From Gammaproteobacteria bacterium (GTDB lineage Bacteria; Pseudomonadota; Gammaproteobacteria; UBA6186; Azoamicaceae): a stretch of 64,000 nucleotides of DNA. Positions 1 through 8,913 of this stretch are shown here, in pieces (the stretch's first letter is position 1; every line of letters begins with the position of its first letter). The translations under genes were made by a program, and so were the position numbers. Where the stretch lies: contig JBEKHL010000002.1 in assembly GCA_050012295.1 (NCBI GenBank), positions 11,725-75,724 of the forward strand, written 5' to 3'. The notes under the pieces are model-generated. The model searched no databases. It was not told the DNA's origin and saw only the letters and a program-made list of their open reading frames with translations.

Positions 1-114
1 GAAGAACGTTTAAAAAGTAAAAGAAAAGAAGTTGAACGATGTATGTTTGATTTTGCAAGCTTTCAACAAAGAAAGCCACAAACAGATCAAAAAACTCCTA
101 AAAATTATTGTTAG
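1..114 (+). CDS. C-terminal end of an unidentified protein (gene starts upstream of the window)
   Basis: Frame 1 is open from base 1 to TAG at 112-114 (..ERCMFDFASFQQRKPQTDQKTPKNYC*). It converges on the topA stop. No motif recognised. Confidence 0.3.
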   Translation, partial: EERLKSKRKEVERCMFDFASFQQRKPQTDQKTPKNYC

Positions 115-115
115 T

Positions 116-2413
116 TCAAACCTGTTCTATAAAACCACATTTAGGCTGAGGGCACAGTTTTTCTGTTCCTTTCTTTTTGGTGGTTTTTATCATTAAAATT
201 GGCCAATTACATTTTGGACATGTTTCTTTGGTTGGTTCGTTCCTTACTGCATATTTACATTCAGGGTAACAACTACAGGCATAAAAGAATGTTCCATACC
301 GCGATTTACGTTTAATAAAATGACCTTTTTTACAGTTAGGACATTCTATGTTAATAATTTCCGGTTTGTTTAAGGATTCTATATGCTTACATTCTGGGTA
401 ACCACTACACCCGATAAATTTACCATAACGACCAGTTTTAATTATTAATGCTTTACCACATGTAGGGCAAGCTCTATCAGAAATTACTTCAGGTTGAATA
501 CTATTTCCAGAATTATCTACACTTCTAGTATAATCACAATCTGGAAAGCCAGTACAACCTATAAACTTTCCAACTTTACCTAGCCTACAGGATAACGGTT
601 TACCACACTTAGGACACACTTCTTCTAATTGTTCTTGAGTTACATCACTACGCTTAACAGCACCTTCAACATTTTTAATTAAATTAATAAATGGTTGCCA
701 AAAATCTTGTAATACCGGCACCCAATTTCTTTCTCCTCTAGCAATTGCATCTAATTGATCTTCTAATTTTGCAGTAAAATCATAGTCAACATATTGTTGA
801 AAATAATTAGTTAAAAATTTATTAACAACAGTACCAACGTCTGTAGGTTTAAATCTAGATGCCTCTAAAAAAGCATATTTTCGCTGTTGCAACGTGGAAA
901 TAATGGCAGCATACGTAGAAGGCCTACCAATACCGTATTCTTCTAAAGCTTTAACCAGTGTTGCTTCAGAATAACGTGGTGGTGGTTCAGTAAAATGCTG
1001 TTCAGTACGAATAGCTTGTATAGGCAGTTCTTCTCCTTTAACTAAATTTGGTAAATGCTTCTCCATACTAAGCGTACTATCATCTTCAAATTTATTAGCT
1101 ATATTATCTTCACTAACGCTTTCATTATACACCTGCATAAAACCAAGATCAGAAATTACCGATCCATTGACTCGAAAAATATTTCCAGGCCCACATTCTA
1201 AATCTACAGCTACTTGATCAATGGTTGCTTGTTTCATCTGGCAAGCTATAGTACGCTGCCATATTAAATTATATAGCTTATATTGTTCTGTAGTTAAATG
1301 TTGTTTTATGGTAGATGGAATTTGATCGGCCATAGTTGGTCGTATTGCCTCATGTGCTTCCTGAGCATTTTTAGATTTGGTTTTAAATATTCTTGTTTCT
1401 TCAGAAACAGCAATTGCACCATACCTTTCTTTAATAACATTACGAATTTCTTGTACTGCTTCTGCTGCTAAATGCACCGAATCGGTACGCATATAAGTAA
1501 TTAAGCCTATGGCTCCTTCACCTATATCTATACCTTCATACAATTGTTGAGCAACCTGCATGGTACGCCTTGCTGTAAAACCTAATTTCCTTATTGCTTC
1601 TTGTTGTAATGTTGAAGTAATAAACGGTGCCGCAGGATTTCTTTTACGTTGAGTTTTGTTGATCTTTACCACTAACAATTTACCATCGGCAATGTTAAGC
1701 AAGTGTTGCTGTGTTTTTTCAGCTTGCTCTTTATTAGTAATAGAAAATTGCTGTAATTTTTCTCCTTGATACTCTATTAGTCTACCTAAAAACGTATTGT
1801 TTTGCTTTTTTAAATCCGCTTCTATGCTCCAATATTCTTGAGATTTAAACTTCTCAATTTCTTGCTCTCGTTCAACTATCATCCTTAATGCAGGACTTTG
1901 TACTCTACCCGCAGACAACCCTCTCTGAACTTTTTTCCATAACAATGGCGATAAATTAAATCCGACTAAATAATCTAATGCCCTACGTGCTTGTTGTGCA
2001 TTTACTAAATCTAAATTAATTTCTTTCAAATTAGTTAACGCTTCTTTAATTCCTGTTTTGGTTATTTCATTAGAAGTTATCCTATAAACTGGTTTGTTTT
2101 TAAGTAACTTTTTTTCCTGAAGAATCTCATATAAATGCCACGCAATTGCTTCCCCCTCACGATCAGGATCAGTTGCTAAATATAATGCATCTGCATGCTT
2201 AATAGCTTTACAAATAGCATCCACATGCTTTTGATTTTTTTCTATAATTTGATAATTCATTAAAAAATTATCTTCCGGCACAACCGCACCAACTTTTGGA
2301 ATTAAATCTCTAACATGACCAAATGACGCCAAAATTTCAAAATTTTTATCTAAATATTTACTAAAAGTTTTTGTTTTTGTAGGCGACTCTACAATAACAA
2401 GATTTTTTCCCAT
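116..2413 (-). CDS. topA: DNA topoisomerase I
   Basis: 765-aa ORF. Toprim N-terminus MGKNLVIVESPTKTKT, catalytic-Tyr region GLITYMRTDS, and repeated C-terminal Cys4 zinc ribbons (CPKCGK.., CPTCGK.., CPNCKK.., CPKCNW..). Confidence 0.95.
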   Translation of the reverse strand: MGKNLVIVESPTKTKTFSKYLDKNFEILASFGHVRDLIPKVGAVVPEDNFLMNYQIIEKNQKHVDAICKAIKHADALYLATDPDREGEAIAWHLYEILQEKKLLKNKPVYRITSNEITKTGIKEALTNLKEINLDLVNAQQARRALDYLVGFNLSPLLWKKVQRGLSAGRVQSPALRMIVEREQEIEKFKSQEYWSIEADLKKQNNTFLGRLIEYQGEKLQQFSITNKEQAEKTQQHLLNIADGKLLVVKINKTQRKRNPAAPFITSTLQQEAIRKLGFTARRTMQVAQQLYEGIDIGEGAIGLITYMRTDSVHLAAEAVQEIRNVIKERYGAIAVSEETRIFKTKSKNAQEAHEAIRPTMADQIPSTIKQHLTTEQYKLYNLIWQRTIACQMKQATIDQVAVDLECGPGNIFRVNGSVISDLGFMQVYNESVSEDNIANKFEDDSTLSMEKHLPNLVKGEELPIQAIRTEQHFTEPPPRYSEATLVKALEEYGIGRPSTYAAIISTLQQRKYAFLEASRFKPTDVGTVVNKFLTNYFQQYVDYDFTAKLEDQLDAIARGERNWVPVLQDFWQPFINLIKNVEGAVKRSDVTQEQLEEVCPKCGKPLSCRLGKVGKFIGCTGFPDCDYTRSVDNSGNSIQPEVISDRACPTCGKALIIKTGRYGKFIGCSGYPECKHIESLNKPEIINIECPNCKKGHFIKRKSRYGTFFYACSCYPECKYAVRNEPTKETCPKCNWPILMIKTTKKKGTEKLCPQPKCGFIEQV

Positions 2414-2416
2414 TAA

Positions 2417-3484
2417 CTATATCTCCAATAATAATCTAGTATATCCACCAGGCACTGAAACAATATACCCATTTAATTCCAAATTAACCAATACAGCGTT
2501 TACTGTACTGGGAATTAAGCCACTACGATTGATAATAAGATCTGTAGTGGTCGTTTCATAGGATATACTATCCAAAATTTTAGTCTGTAAACCATCTAAA
2601 TTTTCTTTAGGTCTTATATAATTTAGCTTGTCTGATTTATTTTGTAAATTTATAGTAGCATTTGTAAACCCAAGTTCTTCTATTACCTCAGAAACATTCT
2701 CTACCAGTTTAGCCCCTTGTTTTATCAACTGATGGCAACCCTTAACATTGTTATTATAAATAGATCCCGGTACTGCAAATACTTCTCTGCCCTGTTCTAA
2801 AGCATGATTAACCGTTATTAAAGAACCGCTTTTGATGGAAGCCTCGATAACCACAACTCCCAAAGCTAACCCACTAATAATTCTGTTTCTTCTAGGGAAG
2901 TTCCCTGGGATTGGTTGTGTTCCTATAGGGAATTCAGAAATTAAAGCCCCATTATCTATAATTTTATTTGCCAATTTATAATGTTCTCTAGGGTAAATCA
3001 AATCTAATCCATGAGCTAATACTGCAATAGTAGCTCCCTTGGATAAAGCACCTTTATGACTAGCTGCGTCTATACCTGTTGCTAAACCACTAGTTACCGC
3101 TATATGGTAGCTAGCAAATTCAGCAGCAAACTTAAAGGCAGTTTGTTCACCAACAGTGCTTGCGCAACGACTCCCCACCATTGCGATTTGTGGTTTATCT
3201 AATAGATGTCTATTTCCTTTAATGAATAATACTGGCGGTGGAGCATGAATAGTACGCAACAACTTTGGGTAATCATTATCGCACAATAATACAACATGAC
3301 AATTATTTTGCTCTGCCCAAGCTAAATCTTGCTTAATTAAATGCTTACTATTATGCAAGGTATCTCTAGCAACTTGTGGTAAAGTTTCTAAAAATGGATC
3401 TGTTTGCAAAAAATTTTTAAATTTTATTGGCCCAATATCTACAGTTCTTAGCAATGCTAACCAATTTATTAAATTTCTTTGCAT
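2417..3484 (-). CDS. dprA: DNA-processing protein DprA (Smf)
   Basis: 355-aa ORF with the DprA core: MVGSRCAS..VTSGLATGIDAASHKGAL..SGSLITVNHALEQGREVFAVPG. Confidence 0.9.
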   Translation of the reverse strand: MQRNLINWLALLRTVDIGPIKFKNFLQTDPFLETLPQVARDTLHNSKHLIKQDLAWAEQNNCHVVLLCDNDYPKLLRTIHAPPPVLFIKGNRHLLDKPQIAMVGSRCASTVGEQTAFKFAAEFASYHIAVTSGLATGIDAASHKGALSKGATIAVLAHGLDLIYPREHYKLANKIIDNGALISEFPIGTQPIPGNFPRRNRIISGLALGVVVIEASIKSGSLITVNHALEQGREVFAVPGSIYNNNVKGCHQLIKQGAKLVENVSEVIEELGFTNATINLQNKSDKLNYIRPKENLDGLQTKILDSISYETTTTDLIINRSGLIPSTVNAVLVNLELNGYIVSVPGGYTRLLLEI

Positions 3485-3493
3485 GGAAAAAAA

Positions 3494-4471
3494 TTACTCT
3501 ACTTGATCCAAAATTTTTATATCTGCAGTGCTTGTTAAAACCAAACCCAAACTCAATTTATTAAAAACATCATAAATAACAATCTCTCCTTTTGGATCGT
3601 CCAATGTGATATCATATTTTTTATCTACACGATAAGGATCATTTAAAACTAAATTTGCATCTTTTATTTTTAATAGTTGACCAACTTTGGCGCCATCCCT
3701 TGCTCCAACATTTAATACTACTACGTTACTAGCAGCCCCCCTACCAAGCCCCGGAATGACTGACAAAACATATCCTGGGGTTTTTTTAGGAGAGACAACT
3801 GCCTGTATTTTTTCTGACAAATTTAGACTCCTGCTAGGCATAACTATCGTTCCAGGTTTAATTTCTTGTGTTGCTGATTCGATCTTTAACAAACTAAGCT
3901 CTTCTCTCTTAACTAATTTGCCTTTACCGATTATTCGCATCTCTGAACCAAGATACTCCTTAGTTGTTGGATGATAATAAGGAATCTTGTCCCCAACAAA
4001 CACATATTTAGCAAAAAGATCTTTCTCTAACCCGGTTACAAAAACAAGATCCTTTTGCCCTGCTAATTTACGTGATTTTTGTAATAACCCAACCACATAT
4101 CTACTATCATGCTCAACAACATGACGTTTTTTTTTATTAGTCAGCAAGTTTTTTAAACCCTGTACTAAATTGCCTTTTTGCCAATACTCACTTTCTACTA
4201 TTAATTTTCCATCTGTAATATAAGGTTTTTTAATGCTTGCTTTTGATTTTTTGTTTTGTAAAGCAGGAACTTCAACAATTACAACACTCTCTAAGTACGG
4301 CATCAAATATTCTAGTTGAATCTCATACTTTATTGGAGATAAGGAAGATCGTAAAATCCGTGGCTTTAAAACCTCCTCTTGAATTGTTTGATCATCGTTT
4401 CCTGTCCCATAAACTAGCTTAGCTGACAAAACAACTAAGCTTATACAAAAAACCTTAATTATATTTTTCAT
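3494..4471 (-). CDS. Exported TsaP-like protein (type IV pilus secretin-associated family, C-terminal domain only; no obvious LysM)
   Basis: Start moved to ATG 4471, giving signal peptide MKNIIKVFCISLVVLSAKLVYG. C-terminal pattern GYVLSV..NVVVLNVGARDGAKVGQLL..GEIVIYDVFNKLSLGLVL..ILDQV. It occupies the dprA/def-fmt slot that tsaP holds in Pseudomonas (recalled synteny). Confidence 0.5.
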   Translation of the reverse strand: MKNIIKVFCISLVVLSAKLVYGTGNDDQTIQEEVLKPRILRSSLSPIKYEIQLEYLMPYLESVVIVEVPALQNKKSKASIKKPYITDGKLIVESEYWQKGNLVQGLKNLLTNKKKRHVVEHDSRYVVGLLQKSRKLAGQKDLVFVTGLEKDLFAKYVFVGDKIPYYHPTTKEYLGSEMRIIGKGKLVKREELSLLKIESATQEIKPGTIVMPSRSLNLSEKIQAVVSPKKTPGYVLSVIPGLGRGAASNVVVLNVGARDGAKVGQLLKIKDANLVLNDPYRVDKKYDITLDDPKGEIVIYDVFNKLSLGLVLTSTADIKILDQVE

Positions 4472-4593
4472 ATTTTCCCAACTATCCCTAAATAAAATAA
4501 CCATTCCCCAAAATAAATTAATTACCATATTTATTTTAATTAGAGTATAGTATTATTAATTAGTTTTTATACCAATAATTGTTTTAATTAAAT

Positions 4594-5106
4594 ATGGCTT
4601 TATTACATATTTTACAATATCCAGATCAAAGATTAAAAAAAATAGCTGATCCAATTTCATTGCAAGAAATTACTAGCAAAAAAATTAAAACTATTATTGC
4701 CAACATGTTTGAAACCATGTATCAAGCAAAAGGTATAGGATTAGCCGCAACTCAAGTAGACATCCATCTACAAATTATTACCATAGATATTTCCGAACAA
4801 AGCAACCGCCCTATTTGTTTAATCAATCCTCAAATAACTTCTAATAATGGTTCAGTTAGTTCTGAAGAAGGTTGTTTATCGTTTCCTGGGATATATACTA
4901 AAATACCCCGCTATTATAATATTACCGTTGAATATCTAGATCCTTTAGGTAATCACCAAATTTTAAACACTACAGATTTGTTGAGTATTTGTATCCAACA
5001 TGAAATTGACCATTTGCATGGTTTAACTTTTTTTGATCATCTTTCTTTATTAAAAAAACATATGCTAGAAAAAAAATTAAACAAACTTAGAAAACATAAT
5101 TTATAA
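4594..5106 (+). CDS. def: Peptide deformylase
   Basis: 170 aa; motifs GIGLAATQV, EGCLSFPG, HEIDHLHG. Confidence 0.95.
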   Translation: MALLHILQYPDQRLKKIADPISLQEITSKKIKTIIANMFETMYQAKGIGLAATQVDIHLQIITIDISEQSNRPICLINPQITSNNGSVSSEEGCLSFPGIYTKIPRYYNITVEYLDPLGNHQILNTTDLLSICIQHEIDHLHGLTFFDHLSLLKKHMLEKKLNKLRKHNL

Positions 5107-5113
5107 TTCTAAA

Positions 5114-6115
5114 ATGAACTTGGTATATACTAAACACTTACAAAATATTATATTTGCAGGAACTCCGACTATTGCTGCACACACGTTAGAACAGCTTATA
5201 CAAGCCGGAATAAACATAACTGCTTGTTACACCCAACCAGATCGACCAAAAGGGCGAGGCCAAACATCCTGTTGTTCACCAGTAAAATCCATCGGCCTAG
5301 ATTACCAAATACCAATTTTTCAACCAGAAACACTAAAAGATCCTAATTCCATAAAGACTCTACAACAGCTACAACCAGACTTAATTATTGTTTTTGCCTA
5401 TGGACTCATTTTCCCAGCAGAAGTTTTAAAAATTCCTACATTTGGCTGCATTAATATACATACCTCTTTACTGCCAAGGTGGAGAGGGGCAGCACCAACT
5501 CAACATGCTATTTTAGCTGGTGACAAGATAACTGGAATAACTATTATAAATATGGAACCATCTCTTGATACTGGCGCAATACTTTATAGCATTAACTGCC
5601 CTATTGCTAATAACGATACAAACGAAAGTCTTCTTAATAAATTACAACCATTAGCCATTACTGCTATCCTGGAAGTGTTAAAACAATTAAACACTAAGCA
5701 GACCACCTATAGTATTCAAGACGAAACACTAGCAACTTATGCAAAAAAAATCGACAAAACTCACGCAAAAATAAACTGGAAACTCTCAGCTATAGAAATA
5801 GAACGTACAATTAGAGCTTTTATCAGGGAACCAGTAGCTTTTACTCAACTTGGCGACCCAAATAATCCAGCAACATTTATAAACAACATTAAAATATGGC
5901 AAGCTACGGTTAAACCAAACCATAATTATTCTAACAATATACTCGTTCCTGGCAATATAATAATTAACAAAAACAACATAGAAGTTGCAACAGGACACGG
6001 AGTTCTACAGTTAGAAAAAATACAATTCCCTGGAGGGAAAATACAATCCGTTGCAGATTTATTACATTCACCTAAATATAAACAATTGTTTGAAACTCAT
6101 GCTAAATTTAACTAA
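5114..6115 (+). CDS. fmt: Methionyl-tRNA formyltransferase
   Basis: 333 aa; motif HTSLLPRWRGAAP; lies directly after def. Confidence 0.95.
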   Translation: MNLVYTKHLQNIIFAGTPTIAAHTLEQLIQAGINITACYTQPDRPKGRGQTSCCSPVKSIGLDYQIPIFQPETLKDPNSIKTLQQLQPDLIIVFAYGLIFPAEVLKIPTFGCINIHTSLLPRWRGAAPTQHAILAGDKITGITIINMEPSLDTGAILYSINCPIANNDTNESLLNKLQPLAITAILEVLKQLNTKQTTYSIQDETLATYAKKIDKTHAKINWKLSAIEIERTIRAFIREPVAFTQLGDPNNPATFINNIKIWQATVKPNHNYSNNILVPGNIIINKNNIEVATGHGVLQLEKIQFPGGKIQSVADLLHSPKYKQLFETHAKFN

Positions 6116-7577
6116 AAATTTTTTAAATACCAATAAATTTCTTTGGTTTATCTGTTTGTTAGCGGTTGGTAGTTTTTTCTTAACATTAAACTTACCTGTC
6201 ATTGGAGAAGAGGGCGTTTACACCAATTCTACATTAGAAATGATTTTTAATAAAAAATATACTCTTGCTACTTTATACGGTAATAATTATCCTCGTCCAC
6301 CACTATACAACTGGTTAATCATGTTGTTTAGTAATGTTTTTAGTTGTAAAAACATCATGTTCTCTGCCAGGGCGGTTACCTTAACAGCCACAATAATTAC
6401 GGCAATGTTATTGTTTTATACAACCAAATTTTTAACTGTTAATAATATTACATCCCAAACAAACAAAAAAACGCCCCAACAAAACACCTTTGCATTATTC
6501 ACCGTAGCTGTTTTTTTTAGCGGAGACTTGTTGTTTAAACGTGGTTGGTTAGCTTATTCCGACCCAACTTTTGCCATGTTTGTTTTTGCTAGCATAGCAT
6601 TATTAGTTGTAGGGACAATTAAACGGAATTTTTATTTGATTTTTTTAGCACACGGTTGTGTTTTTTTAGGTTTCTTATGTAAATCCCCTACCGCTTACGT
6701 TTTTTTTACAATTACTTATTTAATACTATTGTTTTCCGGATATAAAAATTTTTTATTAAATTTGAAAAACATATTATTATGTGTAATTTTTATTGCCCCG
6801 CCGGTGTTATGGTGTTGTCACACCAACACTGCCGCTGGTTTTTTTGCTACGTTATATCATATTCAAAGATTACTAGGGGTTAAACCTAATCCAGAAGCAA
6901 ATTTATTACGTAACATTATATTTTTTCCTATACAAACCTGGTTAGCATTATTACCTGGCAGCTTAATGATCTTTTTGGGTGTCTTAAAAAACAAAGCCGT
7001 GCTAAAACAACAACTAACCACCCAAACTATTATTAATCCTAAAATAATAACAATTATATCGCTAATACCTCTTATTAATTTTATACCTTATTGGATTAGT
7101 TCACAGAGCCATATCCGCTATCTGCTACCCCTATACCCTTGGGTTGCATTATTAGCGGCTTATTTCATTTGGCAAACCAAATCCACCAGAAAAACCTTGG
7201 TTTTGTTAATATTAACCATAATTATAAAATATTTAACTGCAACATTATGGTTCCCATATGAATATAACATCAACCAAGGTAACGCTGCCATTATTTCCCA
7301 AGATATTTTACAAAAAACCCTAAATCATGATTTATATATTCAAGATTACTCTGCAGCTGGGTTAAGACTGGCCAGCTCTATAAATCAACTAAAATGGCCA
7401 GCTCAACCTTTACAATCAAACCCCAAAAACAATAAAAATTACTATTTTATTTTAAAAGAAAACTCTCCAGTTAATAAACAACATATGCGCTTAATAAAAA
7501 CTTATATTCTTAAAAAAAACAAAATAGATTTATATTTATGTTCTAACCAAAACATCACGCCCCAAACAACTTCTTAG
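6099..7577 (+). CDS. Polytopic GT-C fold glycosyltransferase (ArnT/PMT-like)
   Basis: Start set at ATG 6099, overlapping the fmt stop. Many TM helices. First-loop acidic motif IGEEGVY and YPRPPLYNWL resemble the DE..Y / KPPL.YW motifs of ArnT/PMT-family enzymes. Confidence 0.65.
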   Translation: MLNLTKNFLNTNKFLWFICLLAVGSFFLTLNLPVIGEEGVYTNSTLEMIFNKKYTLATLYGNNYPRPPLYNWLIMLFSNVFSCKNIMFSARAVTLTATIITAMLLFYTTKFLTVNNITSQTNKKTPQQNTFALFTVAVFFSGDLLFKRGWLAYSDPTFAMFVFASIALLVVGTIKRNFYLIFLAHGCVFLGFLCKSPTAYVFFTITYLILLFSGYKNFLLNLKNILLCVIFIAPPVLWCCHTNTAAGFFATLYHIQRLLGVKPNPEANLLRNIIFFPIQTWLALLPGSLMIFLGVLKNKAVLKQQLTTQTIINPKIITIISLIPLINFIPYWISSQSHIRYLLPLYPWVALLAAYFIWQTKSTRKTLVLLILTIIIKYLTATLWFPYEYNINQGNAAIISQDILQKTLNHDLYIQDYSAAGLRLASSINQLKWPAQPLQSNPKNNKNYYFILKENSPVNKQHMRLIKTYILKKNKIDLYLCSNQNITPQTTS

Positions 7578-8162
7578 CTGCTCTGTTTTTATAGCACCTT
7601 GACGTAAAATTACCGGTTGTTCCACCAAAGAAATAATGGTTGACTCCACCCCCATTTTACTACATCCTGCTCCACAATCATCTAATATAAAAATATTATT
7701 AAATTCTTCAGCCACCTGCGTACCTGTAACATTGCTAATATTTCCAGATAAATTAGCAGAAGTGCCTACTATTCCAGAATCAAAAATTTTTAATAATTCT
7801 AAAGCAATAGGATGATCTGGAATACGAATAGCAATATTATCTTGTCCTGCTGTTATTAAATCCGACACTAAACTTGATTTTTTTACTACAATAGTCAAAG
7901 GACCTGGCCAAAAAATTTCTACTAATTTAAATACATCTTGCTTAAGATAATCGGCGTTTGCCCAAATAGCCAGATGTTCCAAATTTGGAATATGCACTAT
8001 TAATGGACGATCAAATGGACGCTGTTTTAGTTCAAAAACTTTTAAAATAGCTTGTTCATTTCTAGCATCTGCCCCTAACCCATATACCGTATCGGTAGGA
8101 AAAGCTACTAAATTTCCTTGGCGCAACAACTCTACCGCTCTAAGAATTTGATTTTTAACCAT
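7536..8162 (-). CDS. tsaC: L-threonylcarbamoyladenylate synthase (YrdC/Sua5 family)
   Basis: Motif FPTDTVYGLGADA..FELKQRPFDRPLIVHI. ATG at 8162 preferred over TTG at 8171. The 3' end overlaps the convergent GT-C gene by 42 nt. Confidence 0.85.
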   Translation of the reverse strand: MVKNQILRAVELLRQGNLVAFPTDTVYGLGADARNEQAILKVFELKQRPFDRPLIVHIPNLEHLAIWANADYLKQDVFKLVEIFWPGPLTIVVKKSSLVSDLITAGQDNIAIRIPDHPIALELLKIFDSGIVGTSANLSGNISNVTGTQVAEEFNNIFILDDCGAGCSKMGVESTIISLVEQPVILRQGAIKTEQLRSCLGRDVLVRT

Positions 8163-8186
8163 ATGCACCAATCTATTTTTCCAACT

Positions 8187-8260
8187 CGCGCCCGAGAAGA
8201 TTCGAACCTCTGACCTTTAGCTCCGGAGGCTAACGCTCTATCCAGCTGAGCTACGGGCGC
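8187..8260 (-). tRNA. tRNA-Arg (anticodon CCG)
   Basis: 74-nt cloverleaf read on the minus strand. Acceptor GCGCCCG/CGGGCGC, D arm GCTC-AGCTGGATA-GAGC, anticodon stem TTAGC/GCTAA with loop CT-CCG-GA, T arm AGAGG-TTCGAAT-CTTCT, discriminator G. CCA is not encoded. Confidence 0.9.
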
Positions 8261-8277
8261 ATTTGAGATATATTATA

Positions 8278-8913
8278 CTAAACATGCTTTGCTTTACCAG
8301 AAATCACCAAACTTCGTTTAGTTTTTACTCCAGGAATATTAAGTTTTTTTAGTTCTATAATTTTATAACCTAAACCAACCTCTGCTCCAACGGTAAAACA
8401 ATCTGGATCTGCTTTCATAGCTACTATTAACCCATCGTTAGCACATAAATGTCCCGTAGACGTAACAAACTCCGTCAATTCTGCAAAAGCTCTAGAAATT
8501 ATAATATCAAACTTAGAATTTGGGAAAAACTGATCTACTCTAGAAACTATAGCCTTAGTATTTGGTAGTTCCAAAACATTTATCGCATGCTGAACAAACG
8601 TAATTTTTTTTATTTTAGAATCAAGCAAATTAATCTTACAAGACGGCACTACTATAGCTAAAGGGATCCCCGGCAACCCAGCGCCAGTCCCAACATCCAA
8701 AACATTTTTTTGCTCACAATTAATACTGCCTGCAACGCTAATACTATCTAAAATATGGTACGACACCATATGCATAAAACTAGCGTTAGCACATAAATTA
8801 TGTACTTTATTCCATTTCCGCAAAAGTTCTAAATATTGTAATAATTTTTGCCCCTGTTCTTGGGTGACAGTTAACCCTAATTGGTTTGCGCCATGTAATA
8901 TTTGCTGTAACAT
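8278..8913 (-). CDS. rsmG: 16S rRNA (guanine527-N7)-methyltransferase
   Basis: 211 aa; SAM motif LDVGTGAGLPGIPLAI; immediately downstream of mnmG. Confidence 0.9.
   Translation of the reverse strand: MLQQILHGANQLGLTVTQEQGQKLLQYLELLRKWNKVHNLCANASFMHMVSYHILDSISVAGSINCEQKNVLDVGTGAGLPGIPLAIVVPSCKINLLDSKIKKITFVQHAINVLELPNTKAIVSRVDQFFPNSKFDIIISRAFAELTEFVTSTGHLCANDGLIVAMKADPDCFTVGAEVGLGYKIIELKKLNIPGVKTKRSLVISGKAKHV

Noticed and set aside
3687-4422. ORFs 3687-3974 (+) and 4237-4422 (+)
   Set aside because: They lie entirely antisense within the TsaP-like gene. Their translations are low-complexity with no start context, so they are shadow ORFs.
5786-5998. ORF 5786-5998 (-)
   Set aside because: Antisense inside fmt, whose identity is secure.
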